Below, piece after piece: positions 11,480 through 23,964 of a DNA stretch of 36,383 bases. Origin of the DNA: Octopus bimaculoides (taxonomy: Eukaryota); assembly GCF_001194135.2 (NCBI RefSeq), contig NC_068983.1, positions 147,129,209 to 147,165,591 on the forward strand, read 5' to 3'. Position numbers and translations under genes: made by a program. The notes below the pieces were generated by a model that saw only the letters and a program-made list of their open reading frames with translations, was not told the origin of the DNA and searched no databases. The first letter of the stretch is position 1. Each line of letters begins with the position of its first letter.

Positions 11480-13311
11480 TGGCTGGTGCAAGGTTCCATC
11501 CAGACCTAGGGTAACATGGTGGTGGAATGATGCAACAGACAGGGACATTAGAGTTAAGAAACAGGCTTGGAAGTCCTAGAAGAATGGGGGTGGGGAGGAA
11601 CTGTATCAGAATGCCAGATGGGATGCTAGAAGACAAGTATATCTAGCCAAAGGAGAAGAAAAGAAGAAGTTTGCCTATGTTCAGCAACGTGGAAACCAAA
11701 GAACTGAAGTGTTTCGGATTGCAAGACAGTGTGTGGGAGAAAATCATGATGGCATAGGAGAGAAATGTGTCCATATAGATGATGGAGCACTTGCATCCAA
11801 TAATTCTGCAAAGAAAGAGACTTGGAAATGGCATTATGAAAGACTGCTGAATGTATAGAATGAATGGGAGGGGAAGAGTCTGCCAAATGTTGACCCAATT
11901 GAAGGACCAGCAACTCAAATCGACAGCAATTAAGGATATGAAGACAGGAAAAGCCCCATCCCATCACAAATCACTGCTGGCAGTGTGGGTTATGGTCTAG
12001 TCACCTGTATTATAAATTAGGTGGTTCACAAAGGAGTCATACCCAATGACTGATGTAGCAGCACTATAGTCAACTGCTACAAAGGTAAGGTTGATGCCTT
12101 AGATAGAAATAATTACAGAGGTATCAAATTGTTGGGTCAGGTGATGAAAGTTACAGAGAAAATCATATTTCAACTAATTAGGGAGAGAGTTAGTTTAGGT
12201 GAGATGCAGTTTAGTTTTGTGCCAGGGAGAAGCACCACTGATGCTATATTTCTGTTAAGACAGCTGATCGAGAAATACCTAGCCAAAGATAATCCTCTGT
12301 ACCTGACCTTTATTAACTTGGAGGAAGCCTTTGACAGGGTCCCCCGATCCATTATCTGGTGGTCAATGTGGAAACTAGGGATAGACAAGTGATTGGTTAG
12401 AGTTGTACAAGCCCTATACAGGGATGCTACCAATAATTTGTGGGTTGGCCATGAGTACAGCAAACAATTCCAGGTAGAAGTAGGGGTTCACCCAGGATCG
12501 GTGCTCAGCCCCCCGCCTCTTGTTCATCGTAGTCCGCCTGGCATTAACAAAGAAATTCAAGACAGGCTGCCCCTGGGAACTCCTTTGTGCTGATGACCTT
12601 GCTCTCATAGCTGGATCACTATCTGAACTAGAGAAAAGTTCCAGGAATGGAAGCAAGGTCTAGAGTTAATATAGTGAAAACCAAAGTCTTAGTAAGTAGG
12701 AAGACAGACAAATCACAAATCCCTTCTGATAGATGGCCCTGCTCAATCTGTAGAAAAGGTGTAGGTAGAAACTCCATAAGACGTACCTGGTGTAGGCTTT
12801 GGACACATAAAAGGCGCAACAATATCGAAGGAAGGTTAAAAGGAAAGGTAAACTAGCTTTTGAATGTGGAAGATGCAGAGGTACAATAAATGCTGAAAAT
12901 GTGCAGAAAATAAACTCCATCAACTGTCAGTTGGGCAAGCTAGAGGTAGTAGATAGCTTCCATTATCTAGCTGACCAAGTTAGTAGTAGGGGTGGATGCT
13001 CCAGGAGCGTAGCTGTGAAAATAAGATTAGGCTGGGCAAAGTTCAGAGAGCTCCTACCGTGCTGGCAACAAAGGACCTCTCTCTCAGAGTGAAAAGCAGA
13101 TTGTTTGATGTCTGTGTGCAAATAGCTATGCTGCATGGCAGTGAAACATGGGTTGTGACAGCCAAAGACATGTGTAGGCTTGAAAAAAATGAAGCCAGTA
13201 TGCTTTTGCTAAATGTGCAATGTCAGTGTGCATGTGCAACAGAGTATACGCATCTTGAGAGAAAAGTTAGACATAAGAGGCATCAGATGTGGTGTGCGAG
13301 TGAGACGACTG
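11480..13311 (+). mobile_element. Degenerate RTE-clade LINE, RT region, no 3' UTR or tail
   Basis: KGKVDALDRNNYRGIKLL, QFSFVPGRSTTDAIFLLRQL.EKY, AFDRVPR, V..GVH.GS.LSP, ADDL, MLHGSETW motifs across shifting frames. Multiple stops. Confidence 0.9.
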
Positions 13312-13409
13312 CTAAAGCCTAAATCCTAATTAGTTCCTGCTAAACCCTAATCCGACAACAAACCTGGATACCCACCCATCCAATGATGCTGTTGCCACTA
13401 TGTGGCACG

Positions 13410-13930
13410 AAACACAACACACCAGCACATCAGTATCCGTATACCCACACACTAGTCCCTGAATGCACTCACCATATGTTCTCACACACATATAAATACA
13501 AGCAGTACACACATACATACACACCAGATGTAAACATACATGCACCCATTCGTGCACATACACATACATATGAATACATACATAAATACAGAGATACACA
13601 TATACACATATACCAAACGTATTCATATATATACTGATTCAAACGTGCATGCCAAATAAATACACACATACACACAGCAGATACTAAAGCACATATATAT
13701 GCACATACATATACACACAGTGGACACTAATGTACACATAAATTAGCACACATGCACACACCTGATACACACCTAATACACACACTAAAGTACACATACA
13801 TATGCACCAGCAAACCAATTCTATCAGCTCACACTTACAGTAAACACACACACAGCAGACACATATGCACACACACCAGATATGAATGCTCATGCATTCA
13901 TGTAACAGTTAAATCTACACACATATGCAT
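13410..13930 (+). repeat. Cryptically simple CA/TA-rich low-complexity tract
   Basis: Degenerate ACAC/ATAC runs. ORFs here translate as H/T/I/Y or C/V/M/Y repeats. Confidence 0.85.
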
Positions 13931-14225
13931 ACTGGCAACTGGTGTTAGTAGCAATTTTCTCTCCATTTCCTTGTCTGTGAGGCACCACCAACATTCTCTC
14001 CAACTGCACAGTCCTAGATATATAGACTGGGATTTCTATTTGATGTTGTTACTATAACACTATTGATATCAACAACACCATGTTGACCTGCCTTAACCAA
14101 TAGCAACACAATCTCCAGTAGCCTCCTTGAACTTCCTTCATTAATTTACCTAAGCCTGAAGAGATTTACAAGCCCACAAAACTTTAAATTGCATGGATAC
14201 AAATTAAACTGTTATTAAATATATA

Positions 14226-14906
14226 TCATCATCATCATTGTCGTTGTCGTTTAATGTCCGCTTTCCATGCTGGCGTGGGATGGACGGTTTCACTGAGGAC
14301 TGGCAAGCCTGGAGGCTGCACCAGGCCCAATCTGATGTAGCAAGGTTTCTACAGCTGGATGCTCTTCCTAATGCCAACCACTCTGAGTGTGTAGTGGATG
14401 CTTTTTAAGTCAGGTGGCACTGGCATCAACCACACTTGAATGGTGCTTTTATGTGTCACCAGCACTGGCATCGGTCATGATCGAATAGTACTTTTTACGT
14501 GCCATTGGAATTGGTGCCAGTCAGGCTGTACTGTTATTGGCCAGGATAACGATTTTTAATGGACTCAATAGGTTTTCTCAAGCACAGCACATTGCCCAGT
14601 GACTGTAGGGAACTATTAAATGGGCTGGTTATGCAACACCGGCATAGGCTATAGCAATGATATCACTTATTTTGCTGGGTCTTCTCAAGCACAGCATATC
14701 CCCAAAGGTTTTGGTTACTAGTCATTGTCTCAATGAGGCCCACCATTCAAAGGTCATGCTTCACCACCTCATCCCCGGTCTTCCTTAATTTACCTCTTCC
14801 ACAGTTAGAGATCAGCACTTCTTTACAAAGCTGTCTTCATTCATGCATAACACATAACCATACCAGTGCAGTTGTCTCTCTTGTACACCACACCTGATGC
14901 TTCTTA
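14226..14906 (-). mobile_element. RTE LINE 3' fragment (ORF end + 3'UTR + (GAT)n tail), antisense
   Basis: (CAT)n-GTTTAA..CCGCTTTCCATGCT head on the + strand, continuing into sequence complementary to the RTE ORF end (RGIRCGV...WYGHV...GRPRKT). Confidence 0.8.
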
Positions 14907-14970
14907 ATATATATTTTTATATACTGTGTAAATAGTCATAAGACATCACATATTTTTATATATAGGTGTG

Positions 14971-15104
14971 TTAATGGCACTAGAGTGAACAAAATAAAAA
15001 AATTATTAATTCTATACTCGAGTATCAGATTAACTAAATATTAATAGTGAAACTCGAGTATAGGATTAACTAATTTTTTATTTTGTTCACTCTAGTGCCA
15101 TTAA
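14971..15104. mobile_element. 134-bp MITE-like palindrome: 53-bp inverted arms around a 28-nt spacer, TTAA at both ends
   Basis: The left arm TTAATGGCACTAGAGTGAACAAAATAAAAAAATTATTAATTCTATACTCGAGT is the near-perfect reverse complement of 15052-15104. Confidence 0.8.
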
Positions 15105-15505
15105 CAGTGTGCCTCAAGAATTCTTTTTTTCTTGGTTTGGGTTTAAATGCCATTTTTAGCATGTAAGAAGTCTTGTCAAGGGTCTTCTCTCTGTATATAA
15201 ATCTTTATACACTCTTGTGTGTGTGTGTGATGGACTTTGTACTGCTTCCATCTACCAAATTTAGTCTCAAGTTATTGTAGCAGGACTATAGAAAAAGATA
15301 TATGTTATGCTGAATGTTTTGGTGTTCAGTTTTACTGAATCAGAGTTCAGTCAAACTGCAAAGTGAACTTCATAAGTACACAACCATGTCTACACCAATT
15401 ATCTTATATCCTTTAGTTTTACTCATTTTTGAAAACTTATTGAAAGTTAAATGATGTCTTATTGAAAGTTAAGTGATAAAATTTTAATATGTTACAAGTG
15501 AGTAA

Positions 15506-15697
15506 GGTGTTGAGTTGGCAGAATAATTAGCATGCTTAGTGGCATTTTGTCCGACTACATTCTGAGTTCAAATTTTGCTGAGGCTGACTTTGCCTTTCAT
15601 GCTTTCAGAGTTGATAAAATAAGCATCAGTCAAGCACTGGATTTAATGTAATTGACTTACCCAAACTTGCTAGCCTTTTGCTAAAATTTAAAACCTA
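15506..15697 (+). mobile_element. Older tRNA-derived SINE (family shared with 18923)
   Basis: GAGTTGGCAGAA...CTGAGTTCAAATT (B box)...GACTTTGCCTTTCAT...GTTGATAAAATAA aligns with 18923-19135. Confidence 0.7.
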
Positions 15698-15853
15698 TAT
15701 ATTACAACTGAGTTAACATTTATATCCACTTAAAATAATCCTGTTAAATATAAAATTTTTCTTCATAAAAATTGATCAGTAATTTTAATATCCAATTACA
15801 CTGTCTAAATTTTAATAAACTACTGATGAATTAATGTTCTCACTTGTTTGCAG

Positions 15854-16204
15854 GATACTATATGTATGCAGAAGCTTCTTATGGAAAGCCTAATGCTAGA
15901 GCAGAGCTGAAGTTTCTAGTTTCTAATGTCAAAGGGAAAAATCTGAAGTTTGCATACAACATGTTTGGAAATGAAATTGGTCAGCTATATGTCATATTTA
16001 ACACTAGTAAATCATTAGCTAAACTATCTTCAAGCAAAGAAGTAGTTTGGACAAAGAAAGGAAACAAAGGAAAATACTGGCACAAAGCATGTTTGCATAT
16101 TGAAAATGACATAAGTGAAATCATATTTGTAGCTGTAAGAGGATATTCATACGAAGGAGACATTGCAATAGACAATGTAGTAGTTGAAGAAAAAGGATGC
16201 CCTG
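15854..16204 (+). CDS. MAM2 C-half exon: GYYMYAEASYGKPNARAEL...LKFAYNMFGNEIGQL...WHKACLHI...IIFVAVRGYSYEGDIAIDNVVVEEKGCP
   Basis: TTTGCAG acceptor, G|GTAATG donor, 351 nt phase 1-1. Strongest MAM consensus match (G-Y-Y-M-Y-x-E-A-S, F-x-Y-x-M-x-G, G-D-I-A-I-D). Confidence 0.95.
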
Positions 16205-17077
16205 GTAATGTTTAAAAATTTCATTTTTCATATGTAAGATGGTTTGCTAAATTGATAGGGCTTGTTTATATATGATGAGAGTAACTATTATTGACTTGAT
16301 CACTGGGTAGATATAAATAAATGAAGTGGTATTGCACCAGCCTAAACAGTTAATTTCATCATTCTCACCTCTAGAACAAATTTTATCAACATTGAAAAGA
16401 CTGGGGTTTATAAGTACAATTGATTACACTGTCCATTCGGTATTAGTAAAAAGCATTATTGAATTGACATTTTGGTGGAATTTGCCACTGTATTATAATA
16501 TATCAAAATATCTGTACTATGAATCCATAACTAGCTGTAAGTACTGGCAACTAAAATAGTTAAACAGAGAGTAGAGTGCTAGGAGAAAATCATGAAAAAT
16601 CCATAATAAATCTACTCTTTTTCAAAAAATTTTCTCAACTTAGAAAAAACTTTGCATATCCTCATAAAGGAACCTTTTATTCTTTCTTCAAAGCAGAATC
16701 TCACTTTACAAACCAACCTTGGCATAGTTGTTTGTCAATTCCAGCATGAAATGCTTAGAAATTCAAAGTTTTTCAAGTATATTAAAGAGTCTAAAGTTTT
16801 CCTTCATAAAGGAAACAAATTCAACAATAAGCAGCTATTTGTACTTTACAAAGTGTAAATGTAATCTCTGCAAAATACTACTCCTATCTCTAGAGCATTA
16901 AACTCGTTCTTTGACACTGTTCAGACACTGGTCAATCTTCTGTTAGTTACACAGTGATAGCAAAATATTGAAAATTTGCATTAGAAATAAGGATTTTGAG
17001 TTCAAACCCAGTCTAGGGGAATGAATATATGTAGGAATGGGGCATAGAAAAATAGTGATTTCTTTGATCAAGTTTTA

Positions 17078-17185
17078 TCATCATCATCATCATCATCGTT
17101 TAACGTCCGCTTTCCATGCTAGCATGGGTTGGACGATTTGACTGAGGACTGGTGCAACCGGATGGCTACACCAGGCTCCAATCTA
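17078..17185 (-). repeat. Short 5'-truncated copy of the RTE 3'UTR repeat
   Basis: (CAT)n CGTTTAACGTCCGCTTTCCATGCTAGCATGGGTTGGACG. Confidence 0.8.
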
Positions 17186-17520
17186 ATTTGGCAGAGTTTC
17201 TACAGTAAACACAAAATGTGTACACTGAAGTTAATAGTTTGGTCATTTTTAATTGTTATGCTACATTAAATTCAACAACTGTAAAACTGTCAGATAATAC
17301 AGTATATCTTCTCTTCTAATAACTTTATTGAGTAAACTGTTCGGAATTACATCATAAAATACACATTTTAGCCACATAAACAGTACAATGAAAACATTCA
17401 GTAAAATGATTAGTCCTTTTTTTGTACCAATAAATGAAATAGAAAAAAATTTAGCTGAAAACTACTGGTTGAATAAATTGATATTAAAAATTTTAATTTC
17501 AGTATGTTAATATAGATGAT

Positions 17521-17846
17521 CGTGGAGGCGCAATGGCCCAGTGGTTAGGGCAGCTGACTCGCGGTCAGAGGATTGCAGTTTTGATTCCCAGACCGGGCGT
17601 TGTGTGTGTGTTTATTGAGCAAAAACACTTAAAGCTCAACGAGGCCCCAGCAGGGGGGGGGGGGGGGGTGACCCCTATTGTACTCTTTCACCCCAACTTT
17701 CTCTCACTCTTTCTTCCTGTTTCTTGAGTAACGCTGCGATGGACTGGCATTCCATCCAGCTGGGGGGACCACATACGCCATAGAAATCAGGAAACCGGGC
17801 CCATGAGCCTGGCTAGGCTTTAAAAGGGTGCATAAAAAATAAAATA
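17521..17846 (+). mobile_element. Full-length tRNA-derived SINE with a perfect 17-bp target-site duplication
   Basis: A box TGGCCCAGTGG, B-box-like GTTTTGATTCC, A-rich tail. ATGTTAATATAGATGAT flanks it at 17504-17520 and 17847-17863. Confidence 0.88.
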
Positions 17847-18214
17847 ATGTTAATATAGATGATGCATGCTTTAAAAAAAATCTAAAATAGGAGAAATTTG
17901 GACTCAAAAACAATATCCATTATAGTTTTTTCATAAATTATATTTTTCATACAAAAAAAAGACATAAAAAAATTGAGGTTTAAGATTTTTCTTTTTAATA
18001 TCTATGCAGAGACATTATAAAATTGTTGTAATTTAATTAATTATTATTTGAATTGGAAGTATAGGGAGAACCATTTCTTTTTCCTTTGAATATTTCTGTA
18101 CCAGTAAGACAAACTTTCAAAGAAATTTATCTGTTTTGAAAATGCAGAAATTTAGTTCTTCAAATTATGATGCATAAACTTTCTTTTACATTATATTTTT
18201 TTATATTGCTGCAG

Positions 18215-18313
18215 GTCCCTTTGACTGTGACTTTCAAAGCAAAACATGCAAATATACAGTATACCGTTCTAATCTTCCATGGAAAACTGTGTACCAAAAT
18301 TCAGATTCAAGCG
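18215..18313 (+). CDS. MAM3 N-half exon: GPFDCDFQSKTCKYTVYRSNLPWKTVYQNSDSS(D)
   Basis: T-rich tract + GCAG acceptor, G|GTAAAT donor, 99 nt phase 1-1. C-D-F-x4-C and W. Missed by the ORF track. Confidence 0.87.
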
Positions 18314-18922
18314 GTAAATTTCATTTTTTGTTACCCAAAATGTCATCATATGAATATAGACATGTATACAGACATAACAAAAGTAAATAGACACCCCTCT
18401 AATCGTTAAAATTCATTTAAATCTAAAATTATACATTTGAATTATTTATTAATTATTATAATGTAAATATCTGATATCTAGTAGACATGTTCCTAGCATT
18501 TTCCAATGCAAGTGCCTTATTAGGCATACTACTGATCAGATGACGAATATTCTCTTAAGGAATTTAATTTCTTGCCAAGTTTCATGCAGTAATCTCAAAA
18601 GATCTGACTTTGAAGATGTTTTCATGTCCTGTCCATTATGCCCAGAGGTGTTCAGTAGGTGACTGGTTTGGTCATGGAAGCTTTTTAATGCCATTCTCTT
18701 TTTAGTCATGTCACATTTCTATTTTCAACGATGCCTTTAGGTTTGTGGTGGTACCAATTTTTTACTCTGTCAAGTCCATACTTGTTGTAGAGTGTCTAAT
18801 GGACAAGCCTGGCTATATTGTCATGGCGTCTCTTATATTCCTTTATATTGTCGTGGCATCTCTTATATTCCTCATAATAATAATAAGGATTATTATTATT
18901 AATATTATTATTATAACTATTA

Positions 18923-19135
18923 GGGTAGTGAGCTGGCAGAATCATTAACATACTGGGTAGAATGCTGAGTGGCAATTTGTCTGTCTTCATGTTGTGAGTT
19001 CAAATTCTGCTGAGGTTGACTTTGCCTTTCATCCTTTTGGAGTTGATAAAATAAATATCAGCTGAGCAATGGGGCTGATGTAATCAACTTACCCTACCTC
19101 CAAAGCAGCTGGTCTTGTGCTAAAATTTGAAATCA
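18923..19135 (+). mobile_element. Older tRNA-derived SINE (family shared with 15506)
   Basis: GAGCTGGCAGAATC...GAGTTCAAATTC...GACTTTGCCTTTCATCCTTTTGGAGTTGATAAAATAA. Confidence 0.72.
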
Positions 19136-19765
19136 TTATTATTTATGTTTGCGTTTGTTTCTCTCCTGGAATATGTATGTGATTTTCAAGCATTCCAGGC
19201 ATTTAGTTTTTTATGAGTTTTCTCTTTTTCAGCTATGCTTCATTTTCATTTTTTCTTTTGTACAATAAATTTTCCAGGCTTTCCAAACTGGGATGGTCTG
19301 TTTGTTAGATCAGTTGATTATATTAATTCATGCATGTCCTATCTTTAACCACTCCATTGTTTAATCATTCAGACCGAAGCAAATGTCTATAGAAAAACCT
19401 GAACTAATGATTTTGCTGAAATCATCAGTACAGCCTTTTCTTTCATTTCATATGTATAAAGTTTCAGTCAAATATTTTACTACCTTATTTCAAGAGACAT
19501 GTTTTCTACCTTCATAAAATTTTTTCTGCACTGGATGTTTTCATAGTCAGTAGAGAGGTAAAACGGTTGAGCACCAGACTAAATGACTTAGTTTCATCTC
19601 AAACTGAAAATGAACAACGGATCCACAAGTTCCTTGTTAGAAAATTATTAACTTATTGTTACTATGTATTTTGGATTTATCATTAGCTTAGTCACTATTC
19701 TGACAACTTCATTTTAAACTACATACCAATATTAACGTATTTTGCTTGTTTTCTTTATTTTACAG

Positions 19766-20110
19766 ACACAAACATTTACTTAAATGTTTATTCAAATACA
19801 AATACTGAAAATGCAAAATTTCAAATGCAGTCCCCTAAAGCAGATGTGAAGGAAAATTCTAGTATCACCTTCAAATACCAAATGAGAGGAAATATGAAAG
19901 AGTTTGCACTAATTACTTATGATTTTTATTCACAGAATAAAAGTTGGTCTTCAAATTTCAATGATATTACTAATTTAATAACAGCATGTGTAAATCTCCC
20001 AGTTTCAACAAAATTAGGGCTGATCTTTCAGATGACAACAAATATTAATTCCCGAGGGAACACATATGCATACCTGGATGACATTGAAGTCCACAATGAA
20101 ACATGCAAAT
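19766..20110 (+). CDS. MAM3 C-half exon: DTNIYLNVYS...MQSPKADVKENSSITFKYQMRG...ITACVNLP...LIFQM...YLDDIEVHNETCK
   Basis: TTTTACAG acceptor, T|GTAAGA donor, 345 nt phase 1-1. S-P, F-x-Y-x-M-x-G and LDDI-x-V...C motifs. Confidence 0.9.
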
Positions 20111-20375
20111 GTAAGATTCAAAATATCTTCATTTTAAATTGAATTTCTTCTCAATTTTATTCAAATTACTTTTCTTGATATTTTTTAATCCATTTTCCCA
20201 TTCTTGCATTGTCAGGGTTGTTTTGCTGCAACAATTATTTTTACAATTCTGGATTCCCACCTTTGTTTGAAAACAGAGTGGCATCTGTTGTGGGACAATT
20301 AGAGTTATGTGTCCTGATCAGGGGTACAACACAATGGCTGAAGTGAGGTTTAAATTTATAACCACATGATGATGA

Positions 20376-21374
20376 TCATCATTTAATGTCGACTTTCTTT
20401 GCTAGCATAGGTTACATGGCTTGGCTGGAACTGGTAAACAGGAGAGCTGCACCAGGTTCCAGTCTGATTTGGTATGGTTTCTACAGCTGGATGCTCTTCT
20501 TAATGCCAACCACTCTGAGAGTGTAATGGGTGCCTTTTACGTGCCACTGATGCAGGTGCCATTTACACGACACCAGTAACATCCACAACTACAAATTCAT
20601 GGGTGCTATTTACATAATACTGGCAATGGGCATGATTATGGCTTCACTTCACTTAACAAATCTTCTCAAGCACAGCATATCACCAAGGCCTTGGTCACTT
20701 GCCATCACCTCTGTGAGGCCCAACATTCAAGGATCATGCTACCTGCAACGTTCACAGTTATAATTTGATGGGTGCCAATTACATGATGTCAGCAACAGCC
20801 ACGACAATGATTTCACTTGGCTTGATGAGTTTTCTCAAGCAAAGTATATCACCAAAGGTCTCTGTCACCAGTCATCACCTCCATGAGGCCCAGCACACAA
20901 AGATCATGCTTCACCACCTTGTTCCATGTCTCCCTGAGTTTACCTCTTCCACAGGCTCTCTCCACAGTTAATGATTGGCACTTCTTTACACAACTGTTCT
21001 TGTCCATATGCATCACATGACCATGCCAGTGCATTTATCTCTCTTGCATGCCACACCTGATGTCATTTATGCTCAGTTTTTCTCTCGAGACACTTGTGCT
21101 TTGTCATTCATGCACACTGGTATTGCACAGCCAGCAAAGCATACTAGCTCCATTTCTTTCAAGCCTTCACATGCCCTCTGTAGTCACAGCTCATGTTTCA
21201 CTGCCTTATAGCATGGCAGTTCATACACAGGCAACACTCAGTCTGCCTTTCACTCTGAAGGAGAGGACCTTTGTTACCAACAGAGGTAGAAGCTCTCTGA
21301 ACTTTGCCCAGGCTATTCTTATTCTAGCAGCTACACTCTCAGATCATCCACCTTCATTGCTGACTTGGTCAGAT
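20376..21374 (-). mobile_element. RTE LINE 3' fragment, antisense
   Basis: Same 3'UTR, then WHGHVMHMDKNSCVKKCQSLTVERACGRGKLRETW (ORF 20849-21034), then sequence complementary to about 12980-13310. Confidence 0.85.
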
Positions 21375-22424
21375 TTACAATATGAGCTTTGAGATTTTGT
21401 ATTATCAATACATTGGCAGAAAGTAAATTGATTCAATATTGTAGTCACATTACAAATTCATAAATTCAAAAAAATGATTCTTCTGAAATTATGCTTGCCA
21501 AGTCTTTAATCTAGCTTGTTGTANNNNNNNNNNNNNNNNNNNNNNNNNNNNNNNNNNNNNNNNNNNNNNNNNNNNNNNNNNNNNNNNNNNNNNNNNNNNN
21601 NNNNNNNNNNNNNNNNNNNNNNNNNNNNNNNNNNNNNNNNNNNNNNNNNNNNNNNNNNNNNNNNNNNNNNNNNNNNNNNNNNNNNNNNNNNNNNNNNNNN
21701 NNNNNNNNNNNNNNNNNNNNNNNNNNNNNNNNNNNNNNNNNNNNNNNNNNNNNNNNNNNNNNNNNNNNNNNNNNNNNNNNNNNNNNNNNNNNNNNNNNNN
21801 NNNNNNNNNNNNNNNNNNNNNNNNNNNNNNNNNNNNNNNNNNNNNNNNNNNNNNNNNNNNNNNNNNNNNNNNNNNNNNNNNNNNNNNNNNNNNNNNNNNN
21901 NNNNNNNNNNNNNNNNNNNNNNNNNNNNNNNNNNNNNNNNNNNNNNNNNNNNNNNNNNNNNNNNNNNNNNNNNNNNNNNNNNNNNNNNNNNNNNNNNNNN
22001 NNNNNNNNNNNNNNNNNNNNNNNNNNNNNNNNNNNNNNNNNNNNNNNNNNNNNNNNNNNNNNNNNNNNNNNNNNNNNNNNNNNNNNNNNNNNNNNNNNNN
22101 NNNNNNNNNNNNNNNNNNNNNNNNNNNNNNNNNNNNNNNNNNNNNNNNNNNNNNNNNNNNNNNNNNNNNNNNNNNNNNNNNNNNNNNNNNNNNNNNNNNN
22201 NNNNNNNNNNNNNNNNNNNNNNNNNNNNNNNNNNNNNNNNNNNNNNNNNNNNNNNNNNNNNNNNNNNNNNNNNNNNNNNNNNNNNNNNNNNNNNNNNNNN
22301 NNNNNNNNNNNNNNNNNNNNNNNNNNNNNNNNNNNNNNNNNNNNNNNNNNNNNNNNNNTATATATATATATATGCACATGTATATATATATCTATGCGTG
22401 CATGTTTTTGTGTCTGTGTTTGTC

Positions 22425-22602
22425 CCACCACCCCTTGACAACATGTGTTGGTGTGTTTGCATCCCCGTAACTTAGCTGTTTGGCAAAAGAGATTGATAGA
22501 ATAAGTACCAAGTTTAAAATATAAGTACTGGGGCTGATTCATTCAACTAAAAAAAAAAATTCAATGTGGTGCTCCAGCATGGCTGCAGTCTAATGACTGA
22601 AG
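22425..22602 (+). mobile_element. SINE-like repeat, same family as 10060-10265, sense
   Basis: CCCCGTAACTTAGC...GATAGAATAAGTAC...GGTGCTCCAGCATGGCTGCAGTCTAATGACTGAA. Confidence 0.72.
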
Positions 22603-22859
22603 GAAGTATAACAGCTGTTGGTTATGAGTTTTGGATAAGTTAACTATGGCTAGTTTGTCTTGAAGTAGCTGCATGATGGTTATACATTAACTGATCTAGT
22701 CTGTGTGCCTGGTGTGATTGTAGGTAAACTCATGATAAGAAGAACCAGGTAAATTTAATGCAACTGTTCTTTATTGTGACCACTATAAAAATACATGGCA
22801 AATGTCTTAGGAATTGATAATTAGCTGGTTTGGTAATCCATGGCCTGGTTCTGTGAGCT

Positions 22860-22938
22860 GAGCAGTATAGTTCTGTGCTCTGGGCAGCGTAGTTCTGTAT
22901 TCTGGGCAGCATAGTTCTGTGTTCTGGGCAGCATTGTT
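22860..22938 (+). repeat. 22-bp minisatellite, about 3.5 units (GCAGCATAGTTCTGTGTTCTGG)
   Basis: Units with 1-3 differences are directly visible. Confidence 0.85.
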
Positions 22939-23898
22939 CACAGGAAGATGTCCCCTTGGCTTGAAATCTCCTCTCTATCTCCCGCTGTAGTATGAGGGAG
23001 CATTTTTTATATAATGGTTGATAGGTAGGAAGAGAATTTTTCTGTGTTGGGAAAAAAATCTGTTGCTCAAACAGTTTTAGAACTAGTTTAGTTGCTTGAA
23101 TTTATATATATTGCAAGCTTGTATTTATATGTATTGTGAGCAGAGACAAACTACTACTATATCTAGCTGACGAGGTGTCCAATACTGAAGATAGGTAGAA
23201 AATAACATGATGTCAGCTGGTCTACTGATTCCATCATTAGAAGGTGGTAGAGATTCGCTCCCCTGCTCACAATATATTGGATGCAAGTGTGCATCATTAA
23301 CCAGCTACATGAAATGTCCGCTTGGAGTAATGTACATTCAAACAGAATAGTTATGTTGAAGCGGCAACAAACATTACTTGCCAGTACAGCTACTATATTC
23401 ATCTCTAACAGAGATTTTAGAACTAGCTTATTTTACATGCCTTACTCAGAAAAAATAATGACTGAACCTAGTATGAGTTTTGACGAATAAGAATTCCATT
23501 TGTCTGACTAATTAATAAAGCTACCCTCTCGTTGTCTTTTAGTGTAAATTGTTGAACATTCCTTAAACTCTTGTACCTTTAACACAATCCTCCAGTAGAC
23601 CCTGTATAATATTGTCTGGTAAGACTGCATCCTAGGATTAGTACAATTATCCATTAGAGAGCCTTCCACATATCTTTCCACCTACCTGTTTCATTCAAAA
23701 TGGTTGAATCAATCCAAGGATTTGAAGCAGAAACTTCTCTACATGTCAAGAAAGTAGAATAGAATCTAAAATCTTTTGTTAGAGAAGGGAACTACTTAAC
23801 CATTCAGCTATGCACTCTCATACTTAACCATATATCAATTTTGTCCAAACCAAGAGACCTTAGTTTCAATTTTATCATCAGATCATTGAACTTTCAAA

Positions 23899-23964
23899 TC
23901 ATCATCATCATCATCATCGTCGTTTAACGTCCGCTTTCCATGCTAGCATGGGTTGGACGATTTG
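23899..23964 (-). repeat. RTE 3'UTR repeat running into an assembly gap
   Basis: Same head sequence, then N run. Confidence 0.8.

Noticed and set aside
13312-13365. Telomere-like CCCTAA/CCTAA words at the RTE truncation point
   Set aside because: Only scattered imperfect units, not a (TTAGGG)n array.
13330-14057. H/T/Y/I- or C/V/M-rich ORFs here and at 28563-29028, 30527-30806, 31108-31492 and 34756-35075
   Set aside because: They are translations of (CA)/(TG)/(TA) microsatellites.
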